Source of the DNA: Chiloscyllium plagiosum | Taxonomy: Eukaryota | Length of the DNA: 64,000 nucleotides | Reading direction: 5' to 3' | Assembly: GCF_004010195.1 (NCBI RefSeq) | Contig: NC_057756.1 | Span: 2,140,020 to 2,204,019, forward strand | Shown here: positions 1 to 12,189 of the stretch, piece by piece | Numbering within the stretch: the stretch's first letter is position 1 | Layout: every line of letters starts with the position of its first letter | Translations under genes and position numbers: made by a program | The notes under the pieces: generated by a model | Told to the model about the DNA's origin: nothing | What the model saw: the letters and a program-made list of their open reading frames with translations, nothing else | The model's database searches: none

Positions 1-660
1 ATATGGTGACAGGAACTGTACACAATATTCCAAGTGTGGCTGCACCAGCGGTTTGTACAGTTGCAGCATGATATTGAGGGTCCGGAACTCAATCCCTCTT
101 CAAATGAAACCTAACACACTGTATGCCTTCTTAACAGCACTATCTTCCTGGGTGGTAACTTTCTGGGATCTATGTACATAGACTCCAAGACACCTCTGCA
201 CACCCACACAATCAAGAATCTTTCCATTGACCAGTACTCTGCCTTCCTGTCATTCTTCTCAAAGTGCATCACCTCACATTTAGCTGCATTGAACTCAAAT
301 TGCCACCTCTTAGCCCAATTCTGCAGTTTATCCAAGTCCTGCTGCAACCTGTAACACTCTTCCATACTGTCCACTACTCCACCGACTTTAGTGTCATCTG
401 TAAATTTACTTAAATATCCACCTATGCCTCCATCTAAGTCATTTGTAAAAATGACAAACAGCAGTGGTCCCAAAACAGATCCTTGTGGCACACCACTAGT
501 AACCGTACTCCAGGCTGAATATTTTCCATCAACCACCACTCGCTGCCTTCTTTCACAAAGCCAGTTTCTTATCCAAACTGCTAAATCACCCTCAATTCCA
601 TGTCTCTGTACTTTCTCCAACAACCTACCATGTTGAACCATATCAAAGGCTTTACTGAGG
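1..660 (-). mobile_element. CR1 (HER1-like) LINE ORF2 reverse-transcriptase fragment, running off the window edge
   Basis: ORF 111..743(-) contains LSKAFDMVQHGRLL, SGVPQGSVLGPLLFVIF, SKFTDDTKVGG and WQFEFNAAKCEVMHF; bases 1-60 read LYKPLVQPHLEYCVQF on the minus strand. Confidence 0.93.
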
Positions 661-1130
661 TAAAAGCTGTACAGAATTCTGATGGGGCCACACTTGAAGT
701 ATTGCACATACTTCTGGTCCCCGCGGTATGAGAAGGATGTCAATGATTTGGAAAAGGTTCAGAGAAGATTTATTCGGATTTTGTCTGGTATGGAGGGTAC
801 GTCTTATGACGAAAGGCTGGGGAACTTGCAGCTGTTTTCCTCAAAGAAGAAGGTTGAGGGGTGACTTAATTGCCACATAAAAGATAATCAGAGTGCTAGT
901 TAGCGTGAGCAGGTAGAGTGTCTTTCCTCCAGTAGTGATGGCTAGCACGAGCTGGTAGAGCTTTAAATTGAGGGGTCATAGATACAAGACAGATGTCAGA
1001 GATGGTTTCTTTACTCAGAAAGTAGTGGGGACCTGTCTGCCTGCAACAGTAGTAGACTCACCATCTTTAAGTTTAAATAGTCATTAGATAAGTATGCTGA
1101 TAAAAATGGAATTATGTAGGTTAGATCGGA
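661..1130 (+). mobile_element. CR1 LINE 3' fragment (ORF2 C-terminus and 3' UTR), degenerate
   Basis: ORF 682..864 LMGPHLKYCTYFWSPRYEKDVNDLEKVQRRFIRILSGM matches the CR1 ORF2 C-terminal motif. Confidence 0.88.
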
Positions 1131-2204
1131 TTCACATTGCTTTCACACGTCGATATATAGTATTCCCCTTTTGGTTCCTGTTTTGTTTTTCCTCCCAAGT
1201 TTATAATAGGTAGCAGATACGTTTGAAATAATTACCACCATAATACATGGCTGGAAAATTACCTTTTCTACATTCCACTTCTGGGTGTAATTGGATGCTG
1301 AGATGTCTTAGATCCGCCAAAAACATGCAGTCACATTGAAATGCAGGGAAAGCTGGAAGATTTGAAATGGGGAATGGTAGGAACATAGCTCATCGATTAA
1401 CTGCATCACTGATTAACTATTTAGGAGAAAAATAATGTGGAACAGATTTGTTCATACATAGATGAGTTATACAAAATTACAGTTTTTCAATGCACTCATT
1501 TAACCACATGACTTGGGTATAAAATGTTGGAAATCTACCTTTAATGATGGTTGCATGCCTATATGTTGTGTTGCGATAACATAATTTAATATTTCTCATG
1601 AGTATTTAATTAATATGTATGTATTCAAACACCTTGGATAGTAAATAAAAATGATCATGAGGAGCCAGTATTCCAGTATTTATCAGAGTAAAATCTAAAA
1701 CGATAGGAAGACTATTTCCATTCATAACAGACGCAATCACTTTTGAAAAAAGTTAAGAAACGTTTCTGATTGCAATATCCTCTGTGGACATTCTCCAGAA
1801 CGCCCAATATTGTGCGTATGTTGGCAGAGTGACTGCACGAAATCAGAGGTTCTGCCTATCTGTAGATTGACGATATCACGGTACGCCAATTATCCAGTAG
1901 TGCATTCAAAAATAACATATTTCCAGATAACATGAAGTGGAAAGTTTGGAATGTTGTCAGCAGTTCACTTCGTTCTTTTAATCACTGGGGTCAAATAATT
2001 AATTTTTCTTGGTTCATCCAACTGCTGAGCGTTTGCATGTGTAAGACTGCAATATTTGTGGGAATCAATGCTGAATTCCGCCTTTTGAAACAACTCTCAG
2101 AGAGGAAAATGGAAGAAAATAATTTGAAACTTTAAAAGGAATCGTGAACGAACTACAACCACACAGTATGCACAGCTTTATAGAAAATGATTGTTTTTGC
2201 ATTC

Positions 2205-2655
2205 ACAAGGCGAAGCATTGCTGGCTATCTGGCCATTTACTTCTGTTTCTAATCGCAGAGATATCAGTTCAAAGTCAACCAAATTGCCGTCGGTCAGGAG
2301 TTACACCTACACCATAAAAGGTAAGGACATTAGTTCCTTCAATAAGGAAATTGGTTAATTAGATGACGATTTCCTGACAACTGATAATGTGATGATTCGG
2401 AGAAAGGAGCGTCGCTCGGAAAGCTAGTGTGCTTCCAATTAAACCTGTTGGACTATAACCTGGTGTTGTGTGATTTTTAACTTGATAATGGTGATGGTTT
2501 CATGGTCATCACTGGGGGCACACTTCCAGAAATTTATATGAAGCCAATTTCTACAGGGGTGGAAATTCATTACAGAATTTGAATCTGAGTCTTCAGAGCA
2601 TTACCAGGATTTCTTTATTAACTGTCTAGCGCTAAGACAGTGATAATATTCCTTC
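2205..2655 (-). mobile_element. Decayed tRNA-derived shark SINE, interrupted by a PLE-end fragment
   Basis: Resembles the reverse complement of a recurrent shark SINE (agtcaacca.attgc, ggtaaggac, gtttcatggtcatca, box-B-like atttgaatc); a head fragment of the same family lies at about 18418-18470 (ggaggcgatggcc.agt). Confidence 0.5.
2390..2482 (+). mobile_element. Short Penelope-type terminal fragment with 8-bp TSD (TGATAATG)
   Basis: aaggagcgtcgctcggaaagctagtgtgcttccaattaaacctgttggactataacctggtgttgtgtgatttttaact is flanked by tgataatg at 2382-2389 and 2483-2490; the ggagc/gctc stem followed by gaaa resembles a hammerhead remnant. Confidence 0.55.
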
Positions 2656-5515
2656 TCAATACTCAATAACTTCCTTGCTGAAGAGCTATTCCGTTCATAA
2701 TAACAGGTTATAGAAATGTTTCACCATTTCCATGTCGATGTAGTTGAATAATAAAATAGAATACAATATTTTTGAGCTAATTTCTTCCACGCGATATTTA
2801 GGTGAAATGTGAGAAGTCGAGATTGGGCTGAACTCACATGATGCCACAATGTGAAGATGTAATGACGATTAATGTGAAATTAAACTCGAAAAAACCCTGC
2901 GAAACACGTAAGAATAATTGCAAATATTTCTGGCATTCATTTTCTCTCTCTCATTTGACAAGGGAATAAATTGAAAGCCTATTCACGGGAAGTAAAAAAA
3001 AAATCAAGTTAATTCAAGACATGCATTTGACGAAGGAGAACTCGATAATTTTGTACTGAATATACTATCGGTAAATAATTGATTGTTAACGTTTGCAATG
3101 AAGTAACAGAGAAGTATGATCACAGGAATATAATCGTTTCTCACTCTCTGTATCAAGAATGCTGCCAGCAACCATGTAATAATTATTTTCGCTCTTCAGA
3201 TTTTTGTTCATTAAGTGAGTCTGGCAGTGGAAACTGGGACAATGTGTTAGAGAGTAGTCCAGCTGCGAGGAAACTAGTTTACATAGGAAGTCAAAACAAC
3301 AATTTTTATTTTATTTCAAACTTTGAAATGAGGCGCTGTATTCCAAGTATGTTTCAAATAATCCATGAATTAGCTTTATTTGAAGACACTTTATTCTTAC
3401 AATACAAATAAAACACAACAAAATAATGAATGGCTATGAATGTTTTTTATGTTTTTATGGACTAAATGGATCCACCGTCTCCCAAATTCACATTGCCCCA
3501 ATTATAATATAGAGATAATCTGGATCCTACCTTTTGTATTCTCATGAACACAAATTTTAAGCGTTGTGTTCAAAATATAATTCGATTGTTGCACCACGGG
3601 GCTTTAAACAAAACAGATTTTTTTTCTCACAACACAGTAAAAATGCAATGTAAAATGGAATAGTATCACTTTAAATCTATTTAAATATTTCACACGATAA
3701 TATATGATTTAATAACTAAACACGAACTACAGCAGCAACCCATTAGCATTACCTTTGACAAAAGTCAAATTCAACAAAATTGTTATGTATCTTATGTGCT
3801 GCCTCTTCCTATTCAAGAAGTAAAATGCTCCTTTTGATATAAAAGAGGAAGCGTCATTGTCTAAGACTTCATTCCAGCAACGGACTGAACCTTATAGCTC
3901 AACAGTCAGTAGAACTTCTCACCAAGTAACTGAAAGCCAGCTGAAACCGAGTATGGACCAGCTCACTCATGATTCTTTTCTGGCTTTTTTACCCCAAAAC
4001 ACCCAAGGAAATTTCCAAAGCCTTTTGCTAATTGTCGTTCTGAATGCTGTATGCCAGTACAACTGTAATGGCATGTGACTTCAAGAGAACAAGTCATCCT
4101 GAAAGGCAGAGTATTGTCACATCTGCCCCCTCAGAAAGTGAACCACTAAGACTAAAAGACGGCTTAATTCTCCAACCCTTTCGTTGCAGGTCATTTGACC
4201 ATTACATTATATATACATTAACAAATGGTAAACATGCAAACAATCAATAATGCAGTCAATTTTAATCCATTTCTTCCATCACTGAGCACATTCTTCTTCC
4301 TTCATCAATTCGGGATATTTCTCGTTCTGTCACGTGCATAACTGTCAAATTGAATATCTGTAACCATAAACTCCATTGAAATAGTTGGGACTTTTATTCT
4401 TTATTTTTCATTTATTCTTTATTTAGTGTTAACAGGGTATGATCAGTCTGAACAATGGCCTCAGATACATTACAGGCAACATAGTTTTGGAGTGTTGCAC
4501 GTCAACATCAAATTAAAGGTCAATTTCTCAGCAGTGTAATAATTCATTTGATGAACATTCAACGTTATGGAAGTAAAAATCTTGTATAATTTGTTTCTTC
4601 ATACTATTGTTATACTGTGCAAATGTAATTACGAAAACTCACATGACTCGCACCAAAAGCCACTTCCAATGGCTGTGTGCAATTACGCATTGCTAACACT
4701 GGGGCATTGGTTAAAACAGCTTTAGAGTATCAAATAGCTTCTAACACTTATCGGTCCTCAGAAGGTTTCCGCACACATTTCAGCTCACAATTCCGCACAG
4801 CAACCACGGTGCTAACATTTTGTATGCATTGCCCATATATATCTTTTAGGCCCAGAGAACACACAGCTTCTTCTTGATGATGAAAAGAAAACCTTAGTTT
4901 CAAATCCCTTGCCACGAGCTGTGCACCTTCAATGGAATGACCTAGAGAAATGACTTGGACTGTTGAAAACTCAAAAACAGCCAGGTGTATCCGAACTCCT
5001 TGATGTTCATTGAGGAGTTACAATGGGTTGTCGAAATGTTCCTTCCACGTTTAACTAAAAACCACCAGATTGTCTTTGTAGACTAATATGGGTTTATTGG
5101 TTAACCTTCGAAATGTAGTTCATGAATTCTTCATACCAAACTACATTTTAACTGGTAATATCTTTCCAGTGTCATGGAAGCCGAAATGTATTTTGTTGTT
5201 TCTGGTAACTGCTAGTAGTTTCTGATTAATTCCAGCTTGGAAATTTAAGTTACTTGTCCTACATTCTCGGTACAATCTTCCAATTGTGGAATAAAAAATG
5301 AATCAGATTTTGTAATCATATTTTCTTTTCGATAATCCACTCACAATCGTTGCCTCGAATCGTGCTTTGCACCATAACTGTTGGTAGACATCATTCGATG
5401 CAAATCACAATGATAATATCGTCTCTGAGCATAATTGCAAACTCTTTTGAACTTGCGCTAACTTTCCAGTGTTAGGCGTATTAGGACTTTGTTTAATTGA
5501 TATAGAATTTTCTAT

Positions 5516-5727
5516 GGAGGAGAAAGTGAGGTCTGCAGATGCTGGAGATCAAAGTTGAAACTTTATTGCTAGAACAGCACAGCAGGTCAGGCAGCATCCA
5601 GGGAACAGGAGATTCGACGTTTCGGGCACAGGCCTTCCTGAAGAAGGGCCTGTGCCCGAAACGTCGAATCTCCTGTTCGCTGGATGCTGCCTGACCTGCT
5701 GTGCTGTTCCAGCAATAAAGTTTCAAC
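5516..5727. mobile_element. Penelope-end (pLTR) fold-back insertion with 14-bp TSD
   Basis: 81-bp inverted arms at 5554-5634 and 5647-5727 with 2 mismatches; TSD ATAGAATTTTCTAT at 5502-5515 and 5728-5741; homologous to the 3' end of the PLE at about 39630-39745; contains CTGAAGAAGGGCCTGTGCCCGAAACGTC. Confidence 0.9.
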
Positions 5728-5769
5728 ATAGAATTTTCTATATCAACAGCATGTGTGATCATTTTATTA

Positions 5770-6650
5770 CTTCTTACGTTATTCCCACATATCCTTCAAT
5801 GTGACTTCAGTAACTTTTGCAGGTTATTCTAAATTTCCTCTGAAAGACAATTCTACCAGTTTCAGAGGACTTCTTTTTTGCAAATTTAAATTGACAAATA
5901 TCAAGTTCAGTACTGTCTGAATTTGTTGCTTTTTGTTACTGCAAGTGAGAACAAGTATCACATTCTACATTTGCATTCCATGTCTATAAAAATGCTTGTG
6001 TCATATTCAAATCGCAGATCCTGTGAGTTTTCCGACTCTCTGGCATGCTTCTCAAAGAATTCACCTCAGTCAATAAACTCTGGATTGATGCAGCGAAATA
6101 AAACTTATTTTTTGAAATTCACCCACCACTTGCATTAATACTGAGACTTTGTCCACAATATCACAGCACTGCAAGTTTTAGATCTCCAGTCTGCTTCCTT
6201 TCTGGTCATATGCCGTGCAATCCTTAACTTTTGTCGCGTCAACTCACTGGCTTTACCTAATCTCTTATTACAATCTGCCATGTAGTCCAATAATGTACTC
6301 TCTGAAAGCTAACTCAACTTTCTTTTATCATTTAAGTTTTGAAGTCCTCTCACTTCATGCCCAAAAACAAATTCATATGGACTGACTTACGTAGCTTGAT
6401 TCGATGCATCCTTATTTTCATAAGGTATGAATTTAATTTCATTTTTCCCAATCATCCTAATACTTTTGTCTATAGGAGCTCAGTACGGTTTTCAAAGTTG
6501 TGTTTCCCAGTTGTAATACTCCCTGAATTATTTTTTGGATGGTGCACAATTAGTTCAAATTCTTCTCTTCCACTTTATCTATTATGTCATGAATTACTAC
6601 GAAGGAAAACCTGATCCTTGATGTGATTATATCTCTGCAATAGTCCATAC
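5770..6650 (-). mobile_element. Highly decayed CR1-like LINE fragment
   Basis: Scattered nucleotide resemblance to the minus-strand CR1 copies in this window (aatctgccatg, acagcactgc, agatctc); no clean ORF. Confidence 0.35.
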
Positions 6651-6899
6651 TTTTTTTTAAATATTGAGAAAATCGTCAACAATCCTTTTAACTCTGATAT
6701 TGAAAACATGAATAGCATTTGAAAATCTACAAGGTGATTCCATTAATATTAATAAATATTGATACCCACTAATTGTTGCTTGGAGGTGTTGTGACAACCA
6801 TTCAAGATATGTCTGTAAGGTTACTCAAACACTGGAATGAAGACCAAGGGAGCTGGTTTTGTCACGTTCAAGTATTCATGTGTACATTAGCAGTAAAAA

Positions 6900-8050
6900 A
6901 GACAGTCAGATTTTAAGGCATACAGGTCAATTTTGGATGATGAGAGGTGAAGAGATATGTAATTCATAGCTAGTAATGCAAACGAAGTTAGTAATATGTG
7001 GAATTTATAGTGAACAGAATCGTGGTCCATTATATACGCTGAGGCTGGAGAGTTTGATGAAAAGTGGTCAAGTTTTAGGCGGAGCAACAGAGAAACTTAC
7101 TGCTCCGAAATGCAGTTTAATTTCCGTAAAGATATAGCTGAATCATAGGTAGGTGTGCTGTCTGTTATGATTGAAACGTTAGTAGAAAGTCAATAAATTG
7201 AAAATTTATAGGAAATCCATCTTCAGATTCGTCCTGATTCTGTGGCAACAAGGTCACAAAGCCTCAAGGTGAAAACACAGGGGAAGTCAAAGAGTAAAGT
7301 TAACGACCACCTTCAGTACAGAGAGTATCAATCAATCTGGGAAGAACTACGTACAGTAATAATCGAATGTAATATATAGCAGATCATAAATGTGGATTAG
7401 CGCAAATATTTCTATGGAACTGAAACACATAATTAACGAATAGTCAGATTGAAACACTAAATATCCGTAAAGAAACAACGGCATCAAAACAATCTAATAG
7501 GAAAAGTACGCTCAACATTTCATAAGCTCTGTGGAAATGCAGCTGAAACTTTCGATCGATGTCTGTCCTAATAACGGAACATCTCATAGCTCTCATGAAG
7601 GGTAGAAAGCTTTAACTTTAATATCACACGATAGAAGTTCGTTTTATGCTTTTCTTTAATGAAGAAATAAATTAGGATGCAGTAAGAACATGATGTTGTA
7701 AAATCTGACTGGAAATCAAATAATAGGCAACGAAGAAATGCATTCCTATTATGTATCAGTGTATGTGTAGACTTCATTCATGGATTAAATATATGATGCA
7801 TCATGGATGTAACATTTCCATTAAATTGTCCCCAAAAACTTAATCGCTCTTCACATTAGATGTTTATACCCAGACACAAAGATTCATCGTGGACAAGACG
7901 ATGCCGGTGGACGTTCCAAAAATGACAACACATTGATCAAAGTACCAAGTGAGAGACAGTTGATGAAGACATCGAATCTGTTGTCTCAGGCATATCGGAC
8001 AACAAATCATCGACAAAATACACTTCCAAATTTTCTGACATCCAATTAAC
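6900..8050 (+). mobile_element. Highly decayed Gypsy (Gmr1-like) protease-region remnant
   Basis: Translates in pieces to LRLESLMKSGQV and PDSVATRSQS, which resemble Gmr1-like protease-region motifs; the first parallels 24797-24860. Confidence 0.4.
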
Positions 8051-9535
8051 TTCCATATTATCATATTTAATTGACTTCTGATAGTATTCCAGCTTGAACA
8101 AATAGCTTTAAGCTAGAAACATGGCACTGGTGGCGATCCGGGTTCTCCTACAGAGGAGTGCTTAATCACTTCATCGAAATTAAATGCACAGACGGCCATT
8201 ATTTTTACCCTGTGGAATTTATCCCTTCCTTTTCTTTTTTTTAGTATTTTGGAAAGAGGTTCCGCATATCAACTTGAATTAATTGTAAATCTGAACTACT
8301 TTGCAAGGTTTTAGGCTTTTTTCACAACTAATTACCCGTCGTCAGTTGTATTTTATCTGTAATTACCAGATTATATTTTGCCCCTTTCAGAAATGTCAAC
8401 ATATCTAACACATCAAATATAAATATGTTATGTCTCTCAGGTGTTGATTAGAAACATCATGTAACTATCATCTAAAGTTTTCCTTTTCAAATTGTATTAT
8501 TTCTTACTTTCGAATTTAATCCTTAACAATTTGTTCGAGAATTAATTAAAAAGTAAAGGTAAAATACCAACAAAATGAAAAAAAGGAACGGCAAGAAATT
8601 GTCTTTTTGCAACTGCATCGAAATGCTTCGAAATAAATACACACACACATGCATACAGATACATATATCAATCTCAGTAAAATAAACTGAGATTCTATAA
8701 AAAGAGAACAGTACACTTTAGCTGCACGAGAGCGTGGAATAAAAGCTTCCAATTCCAGATACAACTATCGAAGTCCAATACTTAAAACACAGCATCTGTG
8801 GGAGTGTGAACGCATTCATTCATTCTTCTTCTATTGTTAAAACCTGAAAGAAAAAAAAGGTTCACAAGGTGTTTTTTTGCCTTTCAGCAAACGTCTACTC
8901 ACTTCTGTCCAAGCGATAATTCATGAAAAAATACTGGATAAAATACACTTCTCAAAGCGAGAGTATTGTCATGCCACTGGAAGTAGCTATAGCATCCGAC
9001 GAACATCTGACCATGAAGGGCCAAGTTCCCAGGATCGGCGGCCGCAGTGGCAGCGTCGTTCGTGAGTTCAGGTGAGTGGTGGAAGCTGCAGAAAAAATCG
9101 GACGTGAAGTGAATTCTGGGTGTCGGCGGCAGCAGAGTTCGGAGTGAGTCCAAAAGGTTGGTGTCGACTGTAAGTTATCAGTGACTCATGTCTTCGGCTT
9201 TTGAGTCACATTTAACTTATAGAGATGAGATTTTAAGACAATGAAGTTTCCTTTTCTTCCTGACTCTCTTCCTTGTATTTCGACTTTTCAAAACAAACTT
9301 AATTCTGCTTATCATATCGAAAAAAAATACTTTGGTTTTGTACTTTGCTTGTTTTTTTCTGTCCCATTTCTGTTGTATTTTCTGCACCTGAGATGGTGTC
9401 AGGAATTGGCATATTGAATTCTTTTCTTTGTAACACTAAGTTCCTGCATTTGAGTACACATGATAGTAAAGTCTCATTCTAATTCTATTCCAACAATTAA
9501 GGCAAGTGAATTGTATTATCATGATGATCCTTGTG

Positions 9536-9856
9536 ATTAGATTAGATTAGATTACTTACAGTGTGGAAACAGGCCCTTCGGCCCAACAAGTCCACACCGA
9601 CCCGCCGAAGCGCAACCCACCCATTCCCCTACATTTTACCCCTTGACCTAACACTACGGGCAATTTAGCATGGCCAATTCACCTGACCTGCACATCTTTG
9701 GACTGTGGGAGGAAACCGGAGCACCCGGAGGAAACCCACGCAGACACGGGGAGAATGTGCAAACTCCACACAGTTCGTCGCCTGAGTCGGGAATTGAACC
9801 CGGGTCTCTGGCGCTGTGAGGCAGCAGTGCTAACCACTGTGCCACCGTGCCGCCCA
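9536..9856 (-). mobile_element. HE1-type V-SINE (tRNA head, V domain, CR1/HER1-derived tail), full length and young
   Basis: Minus strand starts GGGCGGCACGGTGGCACAGTGGTTAGCACTGC (box A) then GGTTCAATTCCC (box B); V-domain GTGTGGAGTTTGCACATTCTCCCCGTGTCTGCGTGGGTTTCCTCCGGG; (TAATC)n tail; candidate TSD CTTGTG at 9530-9535 and 9857-9862. Confidence 0.93.
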
Positions 9857-12189
9857 CTTGTGCTTTTGTGAATGTACATCTGCTTTAATATGAAACCTCT
9901 GTTTCTGTCATGCAACTGAAGGATATAAACCATCACATTTTAAGCACCTTTGCATGATGTGTTGATATTGTATATTCTTTTCATCAATATTTGTTCACCA
10001 AACGTGGATATTAATAGCAAAGACAGCAATTCTTGCCTTTGTCAAATTATACAGAGAACAGTTAAGAATCAACGATATTGTTACAAGTCGAGAATCAAAT
10101 TTATGCGTGAACAGATTTCCAGACACCCTTCCAACATAAACATGAGTGAACCACAAACCGTCACTGCAAAAATAATCAAGTAATTTATGGTCGTCATCAT
10201 ACAATCTTTACCTTAAAAATTCTAACTTCACATTCGAATATGGTGGAATTCCTCTCCAAATTATACATCGACCACCTGGTGATATGCACCAATAATCCAC
10301 TATCTTTACATAATTATCTCCACTGCCCCTTCCCGATTTTACACATGTTGTGTTTTCATATTGATCATCGCTGTGTTGACACTGGAATGTGAACAACATA
10401 AAGGCCTTTAAAATAATGGGCAATATTGATTATATGTTCTGTTGAAGCACTCAACGGCAATGCAAGATAAAGGAATCATAGCCATCAAACAATATGTAAC
10501 AAAAACACACCGACCTGCAACATATGGAGACAACTTGCTGTATAATGTGTGCTCAATAGTATATTATCTCAGAATTTATATCATTTAACTTTGACGAAGG
10601 TAAACTCCAAACATACATTCAGCATCTAAGTGCTGAATTCCAGATTTCTGGCCATGCATGAATCAATTCATTCACTGACCCTCTATGACAGATTCAACAA
10701 TTAGTCAAACAAATGAAAACTTTTTTTGTTGCTGACTTTATTCAGCTTTTGGAACCAATATCTTTGAGTCATTACATTGGATTTCTCTTCGCTCAGTTAT
10801 TTTCTAATGTGAACTCAGTTTGCTACCATATATTTATTTTCTTTGAAAATATTTCTAAGTCTATGATATCACTTATAAAAATCATGTAACTTGAAATGAC
10901 GTATCTGACAATCTCGAGCAGTGTTTGTCGACAGCGTGACGAAAATAAACGATGTGCAATAACAGTTTAAAGTAAGTAGTGTCAAGTTAAAAATTGAATA
11001 ATAACTATCAGCCAAGGAAATTTATTATTAGTTTGAATTGATGTAAATGTTATTGAAAACATCTTGGTTTCTTTTTTTGACTTTGAAATTCAGTGGCGAG
11101 CTGGTCGGAACCATGATACTTCATGTTTTGGCTAAGCAAATGTTGAGACAGGACAGCCAAGCTGCCTTAAATTCGCTATAATGAGAAGTGGCAGATACAT
11201 TTTCAGTTGGAATACAACGTGAAACGAATTGCACCCACCAGAGTATAAAAATTGTAATGGCTGAACATGGCATAGGCATTTATTTGTTTCATTTTATATT
11301 TCATTTATATAAAAAAATTGTTTGCTCCAGCAACTATTTCTTATCCCTTCCAAGCTGTAAACAGTGTTTATAATCATTTTGATTTCTTCCGTACAAAACT
11401 ATATTTTTGACTGACCTGGCATACAAACACTGAAAAAAATATAATTATTAATTAAGACACAGCCTATGTCTACACGCCAGCTCACAGATATTTCGAATAA
11501 CCCAGATTTGCGATGGTCATGACCTTTCTCGCTCTATTTTTGGAGTGTTGAGATAGCTTAAATAAGTGAAACAAGTAACTGTTAGTCCGGATATCCCATT
11601 TCAAGATATGGGAAAACGTATTTTGCTGTTTATTGACACTGAAATTCTACAAGAATACAATTGAATATAGTCGCTGAATCTGTTTTATTTTTAAATTTGC
11701 TGCACGTGAACTGATATAATTGTTTCATTATGTTGCATTTTTTGTTGATTCCTGGCTCAAAAAAGTTGTTCTACATGCTTGAAAATTCAGTGTGCTCAGA
11801 AATGGGACAAGAGAAGTGAATTCACATTTACAAGAAAGAGGAGCTCACAAGTTTGAGGCAAGTTTGACTACTTGTTTTCTTCTGCAATTATTATTAAGAG
11901 ATAGAGTACAGCCTTTTTAGTATTAGTGAAGGATAATAGTTATTTGGATGTCAATTAATTAACAACAGTCAGTAGATCACAAGCAACTTCAATCATCCTT
12001 TATTTCCACTCAGAGGTTCAAGACAGAACTCCTCTTTTGGTATTTGTCCGTGCCGGTAAACGTTTGTATCTGCTACAGTAAAATAATACTAAAACGTAGA
12101 ATCTGATGCTTAAAAAGAAACTGAAATCGAAATTCTGGTATCGCATGTCCCAGTAATTTTAATGCATCAGAATGCATTTCATGCAACAG

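Noticed and set aside
600..720. Strand switch between two CR1 pieces resembling a twin-priming 5' inversion
   Set aside because: Both pieces contain the same PHLEYC region (1-60 minus, about 685-720 plus) in diverged form, so they are two independent copies.
8960..9490. GC-richer stretch followed by a tail-like gtacacatgatagtaaagtctcattctaattct, possibly a non-LTR-derived repeat
   Set aside because: No diagnostic coding motif or TSD, so the family cannot be supported from sequence alone.
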